DNA of 64,000 nt, taken from the sequence record NC_007023.1; one strand, given 5' to 3'. The notes under the pieces are model-generated. The model did no database searches. It was given only the letters and a program-made list of their open reading frames with translations, and was not told the DNA's origin. This stretch comes from Escherichia phage RB43. The translations under genes and the position numbers were made by a program. Shown here one piece after another: positions 10,025-19,037 of this stretch (its first letter is position 1; every line of letters begins with the position of its first letter).

Positions 10025-10237
10025 TTATTGATTTTCGAGCAAATAATTTAAATGGGCTTTCAGTGCCGGAAGTTCAGCAATATGATTCTGCTTAACTTTC
10101 TCATACTCTTTACGTTCCCACGGTTCCAGATCAGAAGCCAGTGCTTCATTGCAGTATGCGATCCCACGTTCCGCGTCTTGAACCATTTGGGTCCACTGTT
10201 TTACCGCTTGTTGGTGCATTGAACCGTTAACCATCAT
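10025..10237 (-). CDS. hypothetical protein (about 70 aa)
   Basis: ORF; ATG 8 nt after AGGGGAGGAA. Confidence 0.4.
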   Translation of the reverse strand: MMVNGSMHQQAVKQWTQMVQDAERGIAYCNEALASDLEPWERKEYEKVKQNHIAELPALKAHLNYLLENQ

Positions 10238-10461
10238 AATCATTTCCTCCCCTTGTTTTGATGGGATAACTATATCAAAGCTACCCCGCGAAGTCTTTAG
10301 CAAAAAGTGCTATGAATGCACCCAATTTCCGATCGCTACGATAAAGCAGGTAATGAAAGGTGCATTACAGAAAAAGTAGATCCCGTAATCAAATTCGGGA
10401 AGTTTAAAATTGTGGGCTGCGAGATAAACAAAGTTAGCAAACACCCACAAAGAAAAGACGA

Positions 10462-10686
10462 TCAAGAATTCGAACATAAATCAACCTGTTTTCCCTGATA
10501 CCATTTCGGGAATGTAACCTTTTCAATCAAGATCCGCGCCAGGTTGTAACTGTCACCGAAGAGAAGAACCCCGAACAATGGGTCTTTTTTAATATCACCC
10601 TTACCGACTGTTCTCATATGCCCTTGATGAATCACGGTGTCGCCCACCGTGATATCTTTGATACTGACTTTTGTTACATGATACAT
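10462..10686 (-). CDS. hypothetical protein (74 aa)
   Basis: ORF track only. Confidence 0.3.
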   Translation of the reverse strand: MYHVTKVSIKDITVGDTVIHQGHMRTVGKGDIKKDPLFGVLLFGDSYNLARILIEKVTFPKWYQGKQVDLCSNS

Positions 10687-10835
10687 ACGATAACCTCAGC
10701 GAGTTTAGCAGGTTTTGCTTCTGGTCTGATTTTCAGAGCATCATTTAAATTGTTTTCAACCATCGCTACTGCGTCTTTTTCGTTGAACCCGTTTTTAACC
10801 AGGGCTTTAACTACTTTGGCTTCTAAGTTTTTCAT
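10674..10835 (-). CDS. hypothetical small protein (53 aa)
   Basis: ATG (MKNLEAKVV) directly after conserved leader ...CGAAACGAAACAGACAAAGGAACGCATC. Confidence 0.4.
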   Translation of the reverse strand: MKNLEAKVVKALVKNGFNEKDAVAMVENNLNDALKIRPEAKPAKLAEVIVCIM

Positions 10836-10871
10836 GATGCGTTCCTTTGTCTGTTTCGTTTCGATGTGTGT

Positions 10872-10900
10872 AATATACTGCATATCGAAATTCGGGTCAA
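10872..10900 (-). promoter_or_regulatory. sigma70-like promoter (TTGACC-N17-TATATT) with conserved leader
   Basis: Read on minus strand; followed by TACACACATCGAAACGAAACAG leader. Confidence 0.5.
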
Positions 10901-10908
10901 TACCCAAA

Positions 10909-11394
10909 TCAAAGAAAATCGTATTTTTCTTTTAATTTTTCGTAATACGTACCCCATGCGGCTTCGTCGTTAATGATCTCAGTACCGAACCGATAAGCAC
11001 GTTTTCGCAGTTCGAAACGTTCACGGATACGCTCAACATTGATTTTCACTGATTCCGGCGTGGGTTTCCAGTCTGCACAAAGATGACGATGAAACAAGGA
11101 GTTTAACAACGGACTAAGATCGAAATCTTCATATGTTCCGTCCATGTATTCTTTACCATTACGTGCGAGGTATTCAGCACGTAATGCAGCATGACGATCG
11201 CGAAGGTATCCCAGCTTATTGTAAAAGAAGGTTACGTGTCCAGTTCCCAGCGTATACACAGCAGGTATTTTAGACAGGTTGATTTTTGCCTTACCGGATA
11301 AAACGGCATTGGGAATGCGCGGGAGTTCGCGGAGTTCTGCGATCAGGTGTTCGTTCAGCAGAAGAGAAGGATCGATTGTGTTAATACGTGTCAT
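10909..11394 (-). CDS. denV: pyrimidine dimer DNA glycosylase (endonuclease V)
   Basis: MTRIN... N-terminus and GHVTFFYNKL motif resemble T4 DenV; GGAGG SD. Confidence 0.8.
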   Translation of the reverse strand: MTRINTIDPSLLLNEHLIAELRELPRIPNAVLSGKAKINLSKIPAVYTLGTGHVTFFYNKLGYLRDRHAALRAEYLARNGKEYMDGTYEDFDLSPLLNSLFHRHLCADWKPTPESVKINVERIRERFELRKRAYRFGTEIINDEAAWGTYYEKLKEKYDFL

Positions 11395-11422
11395 AATTGC
11401 CTCCGTTTGTGTATGTGCGTAA

Positions 11423-11460
11423 TATACAAAAAAGCCCCCTGCATTGCAAGAGGCTTCTTT
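11423..11460 (-). terminator. terminator hairpin of the GCCC-TGCA/TGCA-GGGC family with embedded -35 and downstream TATATT
   Basis: Minus strand AAGCCTCTTGCAATGCAGGGGGCTTTTTTGTATATT. Confidence 0.5.
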
Positions 11461-11474
11461 AGCAAAAAGTGCTA

Positions 11475-11771
11475 TTATCTCAATAGTCGTTTACGAATAC
11501 CGCCATCACGGGTTTGGTCGTAAATCGCTTTTGCTTCTACTATTGTCTTTTTCAGTGTATGGCTTTCCCCGTGTCCGGTAAAATAGAACTCAACGAACCC
11601 TTCGTAAAGGTTTACATGGGTCGTCACACCTTCACCACGGAAGTGTTTCACAAACTGGCGCGTATTATACTTAAACCAATCATGGGCTTCCCCGTGTCTG
11701 TATAAGGAGTGGATCACAAATGCACCACCAACACTAATCAGAATAAGGCCAATTACTATAAGAGCGTTCAT
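11475..11771 (-). CDS. membrane protein (98 aa, hypothetical)
   Basis: N-terminal TM helix ALIVIGLILISVGGAFVI. Confidence 0.45.
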   Translation of the reverse strand: MNALIVIGLILISVGGAFVIHSLYRHGEAHDWFKYNTRQFVKHFRGEGVTTHVNLYEGFVEFYFTGHGESHTLKKTIVEAKAIYDQTRDGGIRKRLLR

Positions 11772-11977
11772 TATTTTCCCCTGTTCACAGACTGACGATG
11801 CAGCGCACGGTTGATGCGCGGTGCTTTATATGGTTTTACTTTGTATGGAGTCGGTTCTTCGTATGGAATTCGACTACACAAATCAACACAAGGTGTATTA
11901 ACCCAACGAATAGAATCAATCAGGCAACTTACCAGAGTGCGGCTAATCATAGTACCACCTAATACAGCTATACGCAT
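11771..11977 (-). CDS. hypothetical protein (about 68 aa)
   Basis: ORF 11771..12013 trimmed to ATG after GGGG; weak. Confidence 0.3.
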   Translation of the reverse strand: MRIAVLGGTMISRTLVSCLIDSIRWVNTPCVDLCSRIPYEEPTPYKVKPYKAPRINRALHRQSVNRGK

Positions 11978-11984
11978 AAAACCC

Positions 11985-12128
11985 CCTATCGTGCCGCCAG
12001 AAGACGAAGCCATTCACCCAACCAAACGATCGCCTCGTAAGACAACCATAATCCGATTGATACAATCGAAATCATACCAATAATTGCAAATGCGAATAGA
12101 ACCTTAAACCCTTCTTTCAAATCAAACA
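11985..12128 (-). CDS. small hydrophobic peptide (47 aa)
   Basis: Not in ORF track (<60 aa); AAGAGGA 6 nt before ATG; MFDLKEGFKVLFAFAIIGMISIVSIGLWL... Confidence 0.35.
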
Positions 12129-12167
12129 TAAATTGTCCTCTTTTGTCTCAGTCCCTATAAAATAACA

Positions 12168-12197
12168 AAGCCCCTGCACGAATGCAAGGGCTTTTTA
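12168..12197 (-). terminator. terminator hairpin (same family) with embedded -35 TTGCAT
   Basis: Minus strand AAAAAGCCCTTGCATTCGTGCAGGGGCTTTGTTATTTT after LysM gene stop. Confidence 0.55.
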
Positions 12198-12479
12198 TTA
12201 TAATTCTGTCATTTGGGGAAGTTTCAGAACCATACCAGGAAGAATATGACTGGCATTCTTAACTGTATCTCGATTCAGCTTTGCGATGGTGCGCCAGCGT
12301 TCACCGCATCCATACAGATTATACGCAATAGAATACATTGTATCGCCAGGCTGAACGATGTATTCACCATATTCAGTTGTAATTAAAGCAGGGTTCATTA
12401 CTCGATCGAACATCTGTACTTTTGCTTCATCCAATGTTTTAGCACGTACAGATATACCAGCAAATGTTAATTTGATCAT
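12198..12479 (-). CDS. LysM domain protein
   Basis: YIVQPGDTMYSIAYNLYG...ILPGMVLKLP LysM pattern; GAGGAA SD; ATGA overlap with dexA stop. Confidence 0.6.
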   Translation of the reverse strand: MIKLTFAGISVRAKTLDEAKVQMFDRVMNPALITTEYGEYIVQPGDTMYSIAYNLYGCGERWRTIAKLNRDTVKNASHILPGMVLKLPQMTEL

Positions 12480-13150
12480 CGTTTCCTCGGAAAACTAAGT
12501 TCGTCAGTTTCTTCTTCGGTCGGCGGTTCTTCCAACCCCATTGCATAACGCATAGCATAGATTAGCATCAACGCATCTTTTGCGCAATCGTGAATTGAGT
12601 TGTGCATCACAAAACCATTCAAAATACCTTTACGCAGAGGACAGGTAGAAGCCCCACGGGTTAACAGTCGGTTTTCAATGGCTGTACGCACATCACGGCT
12701 ATTCCAGAACACGGTCGGCATATCATCAAAGATATCAACCTTCCCTGTCATCTTGCGCACCACGTCAACCAGGATACCGCGATCGAACTCAGGGCCACGA
12801 ACATAATCGAGTGATTGCCAACGGCTTACACCATCTGCTTTCAAGTCCTCGAAAAACTGTTTATGCCCTTCGTACAGGTCTATATCATCAGGCGAAGGTT
12901 TCAGAATAACACGGGCTTCTTCGCTTTGCTGTTTCCACCAATCGGATCGTTGATTTGTCTGCAATGCGATCTGGTTGCTTACGCAAATCAAATTTATACT
13001 TTTTACCGGCGGTGACACCAGTTCTTCGAACGTTGGCGGGTTGTGCGGATCATCGATAAACGGAACGTAAGACAGTTCGACGATTTTACCGTTTGGTGAT
13101 GGTCCTACAGTTTCGTAGTCCCATACATAATCAACGTAAAGATGCGTCAT
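12476..13150 (-). CDS. dexA: exonuclease A (DnaQ-like DEDDh 3'-5' exonuclease)
   Basis: DxE motif (VWDYETVG) and H-x4-D (HDCAKD); sits next to dda as in T4. Confidence 0.7.
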   Translation of the reverse strand: MTHLYVDYVWDYETVGPSPNGKIVELSYVPFIDDPHNPPTFEELVSPPVKSINLICVSNQIALQTNQRSDWWKQQSEEARVILKPSPDDIDLYEGHKQFFEDLKADGVSRWQSLDYVRGPEFDRGILVDVVRKMTGKVDIFDDMPTVFWNSRDVRTAIENRLLTRGASTCPLRKGILNGFVMHNSIHDCAKDALMLIYAMRYAMGLEEPPTEEETDELSFPRKR

Positions 13151-13442
13151 GGTGAATCCTTCTATATTCAGTCATGAAGCCAGCCAACGCAAGAGCTACT
13201 TTCGGAGTGATATCAAATTCGCTAATTTCTTCGCCACATAATGATTGCATACCGAACTGACGCAAACCACAGTTGTAGATCGATTGTTCGAGTCGTTTTG
13301 CATTTTCAACGGCTTCCACAAATTCACACAGATAATCATAATCAACATGTAACGGGATTTGTTCGCGGGGGGTCTTTAAAATCAGATCTGCAATCAGGTC
13401 CGCATGAAGACGAGATAATTTCATAGAGATATCAGTTTTCAT
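13131..13442 (-). CDS. hypothetical protein (103 aa)
   Basis: ATG after GGGAAGG; TAATG overlap with upstream gene. Confidence 0.45.
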   Translation of the reverse strand: MKTDISMKLSRLHADLIADLILKTPREQIPLHVDYDYLCEFVEAVENAKRLEQSIYNCGLRQFGMQSLCGEEISEFDITPKVALALAGFMTEYRRIHHDASLR

Positions 13443-13750
13443 TAGAAACCTTCCCAAAGTTCTTTTTTCTCGTATACGTTGCGAGTCATACGGAGGATCG
13501 CAACAACAACGGTGTATTCTTCGTAAGTCAGTTCTATATCTTTAGTGATATCTTTCCATGTTACGCAAGGCCCGTTAGGACTATAGATCCCGATGTTTTT
13601 ATTTGCGTTTCTGATGAACTCCAAACGGCGAATTACTTCATTTAGGTCAGCGCTGGAATACATACCAATCATTCCGCGTCCTTCATCACCAATACGCGCA
13701 ACGCCTCTCAGAATTTCATCAATATCGTTCGCTTTTAAAATAATTTTCAT
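13442..13750 (-). CDS. hypothetical protein (102 aa)
   Basis: Start taken at ATG after hairpin GGGGCTTTTGCCCC and GAGG. Confidence 0.45.
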   Translation of the reverse strand: MKIILKANDIDEILRGVARIGDEGRGMIGMYSSADLNEVIRRLEFIRNANKNIGIYSPNGPCVTWKDITKDIELTYEEYTVVVAILRMTRNVYEKKELWEGF

Positions 13751-13775
13751 AATAACCTCAAAGGGGCAAAAGCCC

Positions 13776-15107
13776 CTATACATAATCAACGGTATAACGT
13801 GCGCGGGTAACGCCCACGTAGATTAATTGTTTACACAGGTCGTAATCAGCGAAAGCGTAAGCATCGCGTGTGTACATGTAAGCATGGTCATACGTGCTTC
13901 CCTGTGCTTTATGGTACGTACAAACAGGAAGAGGCTTAACGTCCTGAAACTTGTTTTTAATCGCCCAGAATGAATGCCACGGGGCTTTATAACCTGTCTG
14001 CTGCTTGATGCGCTTATAGTTGCTCGCGACATAAGCCAGATAGTTCCCCAGACGTTCTTTCATCACCGGATCAACAACAACCTGAATCTGTGCTTCCTGT
14101 TCTTCTTCTAAGGATACCGTTTTCAAAAGGTAATAGTCAATAGAAATTTTCTCGTCGCACTTTTCAGCCTTAATGACTTCGGTTCGCGGGACAATTTCAA
14201 GAACACGAATCTTTTCGTTGTTGTTGTAAATGATCTCGGTGAATATCTGCCCGTTTAAACGCATTTCCTGAACTAACGGTTCCTGCATCACGATCACTTC
14301 ATCGAGAATAAAAGGTTGCGTTGTTTTGTACAGGTGTTTTCGGATCGTTGCGTTCAGTTTGTCTACGTTGTCGTTGGTGTAGGCAAACATACGGTTTTCC
14401 ATCAGGTCATCAGGCGTTTTCACACGACGAAAATACTGTTTCAGGAAGTCTACAGCGTTCGCATGTTGGAATACGCCCATATCCCCGACCGACATCGGTT
14501 TAAGCATCTTACCATCGCGTACAGCGCGTGAAACCTGAATGATTGGGTTTCCTTCTGCCTGTCGCATGATTTTATCAAGACGAATAACGTCAAAGATTTC
14601 TTCATCAAAGAATGGTGATAGTTCGGTTCGTCCATCAGCATTCACCGGACGGATCTGATCTTTGTCACCCAATCCCAGAATAACCGCATGGCTGGGAATA
14701 GTTCGCTTAATGATGCGAAACATTTCGTGATCAACCATCGATACTTCTTCAACAACAAACACACGACATTCAGACAAATCAGGCGCTTTTTTACCGCGTT
14801 GTTGTTCGAATACGCGGATCTCTTCATTAGTCACAGGGCTAATTTTCAAAGCAGAATGAATCGTCGTTGCATCCATACCTGTAGCCGCTGCGAGTACGTT
14901 TTTAGCCTGGTGCGTCGGGGCTGTTAACCACAACCCGCTAATCCCCATACTTTTTAGGGTTTCGAAGATAAACTTCACCAGCGTAGTTTTACCAACACCA
15001 GGGCCACCCGTGATTGTGGTATGCACCTTGTTTTGAATGTTTTTAATTACTCGATCATGACCTTTCTTCTGGTCATCACTCAGATCATCAAATGTTAACT
15101 CGTTCAT
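13776..15107 (-). CDS. dda: Dda DNA helicase (SF1)
   Basis: Walker A GGPGVGKTT; overall colinear with T4 Dda; 443 aa. Confidence 0.9.
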   Translation of the reverse strand: MNELTFDDLSDDQKKGHDRVIKNIQNKVHTTITGGPGVGKTTLVKFIFETLKSMGISGLWLTAPTHQAKNVLAAATGMDATTIHSALKISPVTNEEIRVFEQQRGKKAPDLSECRVFVVEEVSMVDHEMFRIIKRTIPSHAVILGLGDKDQIRPVNADGRTELSPFFDEEIFDVIRLDKIMRQAEGNPIIQVSRAVRDGKMLKPMSVGDMGVFQHANAVDFLKQYFRRVKTPDDLMENRMFAYTNDNVDKLNATIRKHLYKTTQPFILDEVIVMQEPLVQEMRLNGQIFTEIIYNNNEKIRVLEIVPRTEVIKAEKCDEKISIDYYLLKTVSLEEEQEAQIQVVVDPVMKERLGNYLAYVASNYKRIKQQTGYKAPWHSFWAIKNKFQDVKPLPVCTYHKAQGSTYDHAYMYTRDAYAFADYDLCKQLIYVGVTRARYTVDYV

Positions 15108-15391
15108 ACTTTGAGTATTACCCCTTGAATTTTCGAATTCTCAATAAACCAACGCATTTCTTTTTTCTGTTCCTCGGTAGCCGGAAGCATTTCAGTTTTA
15201 CGGAATAAACTAAAACGTGATCCATCAGGCACGTAATCAATTTTTGTTTGATAGCAATTGCGAATGAACTGCAATTTAGCATTTGCTGAGTTCTGATCAA
15301 GGAACAGTTCAGGCGGTTTTCCGTTTTCGATGTAGGGAATAGTAAACCCTTCTTTGTCTTTGGTAACAATAATATAGTATTTGTCAATCAT
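15104..15391 (-). CDS. hypothetical protein (95 aa)
   Basis: ORF translationally coupled (ATGA) on both sides. Confidence 0.5.
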   Translation of the reverse strand: MIDKYYIIVTKDKEGFTIPYIENGKPPELFLDQNSANAKLQFIRNCYQTKIDYVPDGSRFSLFRKTEMLPATEEQKKEMRWFIENSKIQGVILKV

Positions 15392-15573
15392 CTTTCTCGC
15401 CCCTCATATATGACGTAGAATAAACCTATAAACCATAATATTGATACTACAGCCAACAGGGGTTTGTTGTCAACACCGTTTACATGGAAAACGCACCATC
15501 CAAAGAGATACGTTATCACCGCGCATACAATGTATGACATTAAAAATATTATGTAGAGCGCGGTGATATCCAT
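15388..15573 (-). CDS. small membrane protein (61 aa)
   Basis: Two hydrophobic helices. Confidence 0.45.
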   Translation of the reverse strand: MDITALYIIFLMSYIVCAVITYLFGWCVFHVNGVDNKPLLAVVSILWFIGLFYVIYEGRER

Positions 15574-16106
15574 TAGTAGTTGTTAGCCCAACGACGCAGG
15601 TTTTCAGCCTGTTTCAGAGCATACAGCTTATAGATGGTTTCCGCATCCATACCCAGCGCAAGGAACTTGCACATGAAGAAATGCCACTGGTCGATCATTT
15701 CGAACAGGATTTCCAGTTTATCTTCTTCGCTCATTTCAGCGAATACCTGGTTACGCAGTTCCTGATGATTTGCTTTCCACGGCTTCCAGACACCAGAAGC
15801 AGGTTTAACACCGCGAGACATACCACCCAGAGCGGTGTAGAGTTCGCGGGTCTCGTCTGCGATCGCATCATCTTGCAGTTTCAACCAATCCAGAATTTCA
15901 CCACAGGTTTTCAGTCCATCAGGACGCGGAACCCAACTGAGGGTATCAGAAAGGCTTTGCTGTGCATGATCCTGTAGATCCAGCATAGATTGCAGAGGGT
16001 CGCCATTACGTGCCAGCACTTTTTTGTATTCATTATCAACAAATTCCAGATCGGCAGGATTTACCAGGTGCGCACAGGAATTAAAAACAGGAGTTTTATC
16101 AGTCAT
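15573..16106 (-). CDS. 56: dCTP pyrophosphatase gp56-like (MazG-like)
   Basis: Segments CAHL, ELYTALGGMSRG, EILFEMIDQWHF resemble T4 gp56. Confidence 0.7.
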   Translation of the reverse strand: MTDKTPVFNSCAHLVNPADLEFVDNEYKKVLARNGDPLQSMLDLQDHAQQSLSDTLSWVPRPDGLKTCGEILDWLKLQDDAIADETRELYTALGGMSRGVKPASGVWKPWKANHQELRNQVFAEMSEEDKLEILFEMIDQWHFFMCKFLALGMDAETIYKLYALKQAENLRRWANNY

Positions 16107-16600
16107 TTATTTGTCTCTTCATTATGAAAATTGCCGAAAATATCTTTTGCGGCATCATTGTAAGCGGCTTGTGCTTCTTCAACAGTTGCAAACGAACCTA
16201 AATGTTTTCTTTTGCCCTTGTATTGAATACTTGCAGAAAATCGGCTACCGCGAGGGTATACACCAATAGAACCGCTTGTGTTGTTTTTGCGTTTGTTGAT
16301 GTGGTTTGCATTGTTTTCCGCTGTACTTGCAGGACGCAGGTTATCAGGGAAGTCTCCTACATCGACACCTTTGATATGGTCAATCATATCAGGAAGATAC
16401 CCGAAACGCGAGTAAAATATAACACGATGTCGCATATATTTCACGCCTTTTGTTTCTATACGAGTATATCCCTTTTTGGTTTTCGTCCCAGCTTCCATAT
16501 CATTTTTAAGCCAGTAAACCTTTCCGGTATTGTAATCTATTCTAACCTTAGTCAGAAGATCCTTTATACCATCTATTTCTTTTTCGGACTTCGATCCCAT
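16103..16600 (-). CDS. HNH homing endonuclease with AP2-like DNA-binding domain
   Basis: HRVIFYSRFGYLPDMIDHIKGV HNH core and C-terminal GVYPRGSRFSASIQYKGKRKHLGSFATVEEA; overlaps primase 3' end by 28 nt. Confidence 0.7.
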   Translation of the reverse strand: MGSKSEKEIDGIKDLLTKVRIDYNTGKVYWLKNDMEAGTKTKKGYTRIETKGVKYMRHRVIFYSRFGYLPDMIDHIKGVDVGDFPDNLRPASTAENNANHINKRKNNTSGSIGVYPRGSRFSASIQYKGKRKHLGSFATVEEAQAAYNDAAKDIFGNFHNEETNK

Positions 16601-17601
16601 TGGTTGAATCTCAATTTTGCAGTTAAACCGGACACTGTATTTTCTTTCAGATACTTCGCAATGTCTGCTTTTGTAGCACCATCACTTTTAATCATTTCGT
16701 TGATATCTTTCGAAGGCCAGGGGCATTTATCCCATAACACGACCTTTTCTCCAGCATCAATCAATTTTTTTAACCTTGCGGTAGTATCTGGATGATGTCG
16801 TTCATTGTCAAGTACCCAAACACGCATATTTTTATAGGGAACCTCAGACAGTGCTAACTGTCCACCAGTGATCGCACCAGCATTATCAACAAACAAGCTA
16901 TCCAATGGCCCTTCAAGGAAGTAAACAGTTTTCAACGGATCGATGGTATCTTGACCATATATTTTCGTTGACTGTTCACATGCTTTGATAGTCATGTATT
17001 TTGCTGCTGCATTGTCACGCAAAGCACGTCCCTGGAATGATTCGATTTTACCTTTGTTGTCGAAGATAGGAATCACTAAGCGCGGTTCATCCTTCGGCAA
17101 TGGGTATGAATCAGGGTTAACAGAATTAACCAGGTGTTGCCATTGACGCGTAAACCAGAGGCGATCATATTTGTCTTTAGGTATGTGACGACCTGCAACA
17201 TACTTAACGATAGGATGATTTTCAGGTAACGTGTCCAGACGTTCACAGAACTGCAATTCAGGAATGTATTTCTTTTCTTCCTTCGGCGGTTCTGTATGTG
17301 TTGTTTTGGTTTGTTTGCGATCCTTGAACGATTCCATAAGATAATCCCTGTAATCGTCAGGGTAATAATCTTTAAGGAACACAGTAAACGGTCGGTTATA
17401 CCCACAGTTAAAACAACCACAGTTCATGTGATCGCCTTTCTTCGACGGATAGATCCAGAAACGTTTTTTGTGTTTGTCTTTCATGGAGTCGCCACAAATC
17501 GGACAACGGGAATGGATGCTCAATGCACCACCCCGTCGAACGATTTCACTTTGTGGTAATGATCCCATGATACGAGTCGCAAACTCAATATCAAGATACA
17601 T
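16573..17601 (-). CDS. 61: DNA primase gp61
   Basis: Zn finger CPICGD...CFNCGY and primase core; 342 aa. Confidence 0.85.
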   Translation of the reverse strand: MYLDIEFATRIMGSLPQSEIVRRGGALSIHSRCPICGDSMKDKHKKRFWIYPSKKGDHMNCGCFNCGYNRPFTVFLKDYYPDDYRDYLMESFKDRKQTKTTHTEPPKEEKKYIPELQFCERLDTLPENHPIVKYVAGRHIPKDKYDRLWFTRQWQHLVNSVNPDSYPLPKDEPRLVIPIFDNKGKIESFQGRALRDNAAAKYMTIKACEQSTKIYGQDTIDPLKTVYFLEGPLDSLFVDNAGAITGGQLALSEVPYKNMRVWVLDNERHHPDTTARLKKLIDAGEKVVLWDKCPWPSKDINEMIKSDGATKADIAKYLKENTVSGLTAKLRFNQWDRSPKKK

Positions 17602-17751
17602 TTTTACCTCTTTATACCGATTTTAGTAGCTCTTGCTTCGAGCAATCGATCAAGATATGATTTAGCCGCTCCCATATTCGGATGTCTATTGACAAAATCG
17701 CGAGCATTTACAATTCTTTCTTCGATTCGTTTTAGAGGAAGTTTAACAAAC

Positions 17752-18252
17752 TCATTCGGTTGTTTCAACATCTTTCATGATTTTCCGTTTACGTTTGTAC
17801 GGACGAGTAGAACCCAGAACCTTTGGCCCTTTGTTCGTGATCGCGCCAGTGGTGACACCAGAAGCGATATTTTCTACGCTACCGCCTGAATCACCCGCGA
17901 CCATTTCTTCGTTCATGATTTGACGCATTTCCGGCATGTTCAACATGATCAGTTCGTGGTCGGCTTCTGTCAGATTATAACGGCTACGCAACGAATCGTA
18001 CATACTCGTTAAGTTCATGAATCCAGACATATAAGGAACCGCGTTTAAACGGCGCTTGATGTGTCTTACAGAGCGATGGAATGGGGAATATGCTTCCTGT
18101 TCTTCCTTCGTCTTAGGGTTCTTGATTACTTCCCCTTGACCGTCCAGAATACCCAGCTTGTATGCTGTCCATTCAGTCCAGGGCTTTTTCAGTAGGCGAA
18201 TCATTCGCACACTGTAAGTTAAATCCATGTTTTTTACTAATTGGTCGCTCAT
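17752..18252 (-). CDS. hypothetical protein (166 aa)
   Basis: ORF track; basic C-terminal tail. Confidence 0.45.
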   Translation of the reverse strand: MSDQLVKNMDLTYSVRMIRLLKKPWTEWTAYKLGILDGQGEVIKNPKTKEEQEAYSPFHRSVRHIKRRLNAVPYMSGFMNLTSMYDSLRSRYNLTEADHELIMLNMPEMRQIMNEEMVAGDSGGSVENIASGVTTGAITNKGPKVLGSTRPYKRKRKIMKDVETTE

Positions 18253-18257
18253 AGTCT

Positions 18258-19037
18258 TTACTCTATTGTGAAAGTGAAAAGGTTTTGTGCGGGTTCTGGT
18301 TCGTTGAATTCCATACAGACAACTTCACACAAAGGCTTAACGCCTTTCCAATCCTCCAGATAGTACGATGTATCGACTCCGCATCCTGGGTGCATTTCAA
18401 GGCCAGTTTCATCAAGAAACTTTTTACATTTTGATGACGTTGTTGATTCGTTCTGCTGGAAGTATTGAGCACCAGAATAACGAAAGTTAGCCGACATTTG
18501 AGGAATAATGAACGTACCCGCACGGGCAATCTGTGACGCACGTTCAATAACCTTATATTCAAATTCTGCCCCAGTATACTTACCCTTAAAATCGGATGTC
18601 TTTATCTTCCCGAAAGGTGGATTGCTGATCGCCATATCAAACAGAGTATCAAACTCAGTCGTTAACGCGTCTGCATTAATCCAGGTCGCTTCCGGTACGA
18701 TACGCTTACCCAACTTATAGTATGTATGGTTCAACTCAACACAGACGATTTCACGCGGTTTTGCGTACATCATCATATGAATCATCGCGAAGGATAGCCC
18801 ACCGATACCAGCACAGAGATCAACAACACTTCCGCTTGTGCAAGCATCGATCGTGAAATCGCGAGCAAGCCCGATCGGGGTAAAGAATGCCCCTAACTCA
18901 GAATTATTCGTAAAAGCACCTTCATGGAAGTTCTCAATAATGAATAACTTCTCTTCATAGGTTAGTGCTTTGTCAGACTCCACCAGATCCATTATCTGAT
19001 TGTGTTTCTTCGTTTCCGCTTTTGTTAACTTCGCCAT
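18258..19037 (-). CDS. DNA amino-methyltransferase (N6-adenine type)
   Basis: Motif I VVDLCAGIGGLSFA and motif IV NPPFG. Confidence 0.7.
   Translation of the reverse strand: MAKLTKAETKKHNQIMDLVESDKALTYEEKLFIIENFHEGAFTNNSELGAFFTPIGLARDFTIDACTSGSVVDLCAGIGGLSFAMIHMMMYAKPREIVCVELNHTYYKLGKRIVPEATWINADALTTEFDTLFDMAISNPPFGKIKTSDFKGKYTGAEFEYKVIERASQIARAGTFIIPQMSANFRYSGAQYFQQNESTTSSKCKKFLDETGLEMHPGCGVDTSYYLEDWKGVKPLCEVVCMEFNEPEPAQNLFTFTIE

Noticed and set aside
10316-10498. 60-aa plus-strand ORF among minus-strand early genes
   Set aside because: Isolated on the opposite strand with no promoter or SD; overlaps the start region of a minus-strand gene.
11811-12083. 90-aa plus-strand ORF opposite small minus-strand genes
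   Set aside because: Pro/Arg-rich low-complexity translation and no translation signals; the minus strand has a small membrane peptide with a strong SD here.
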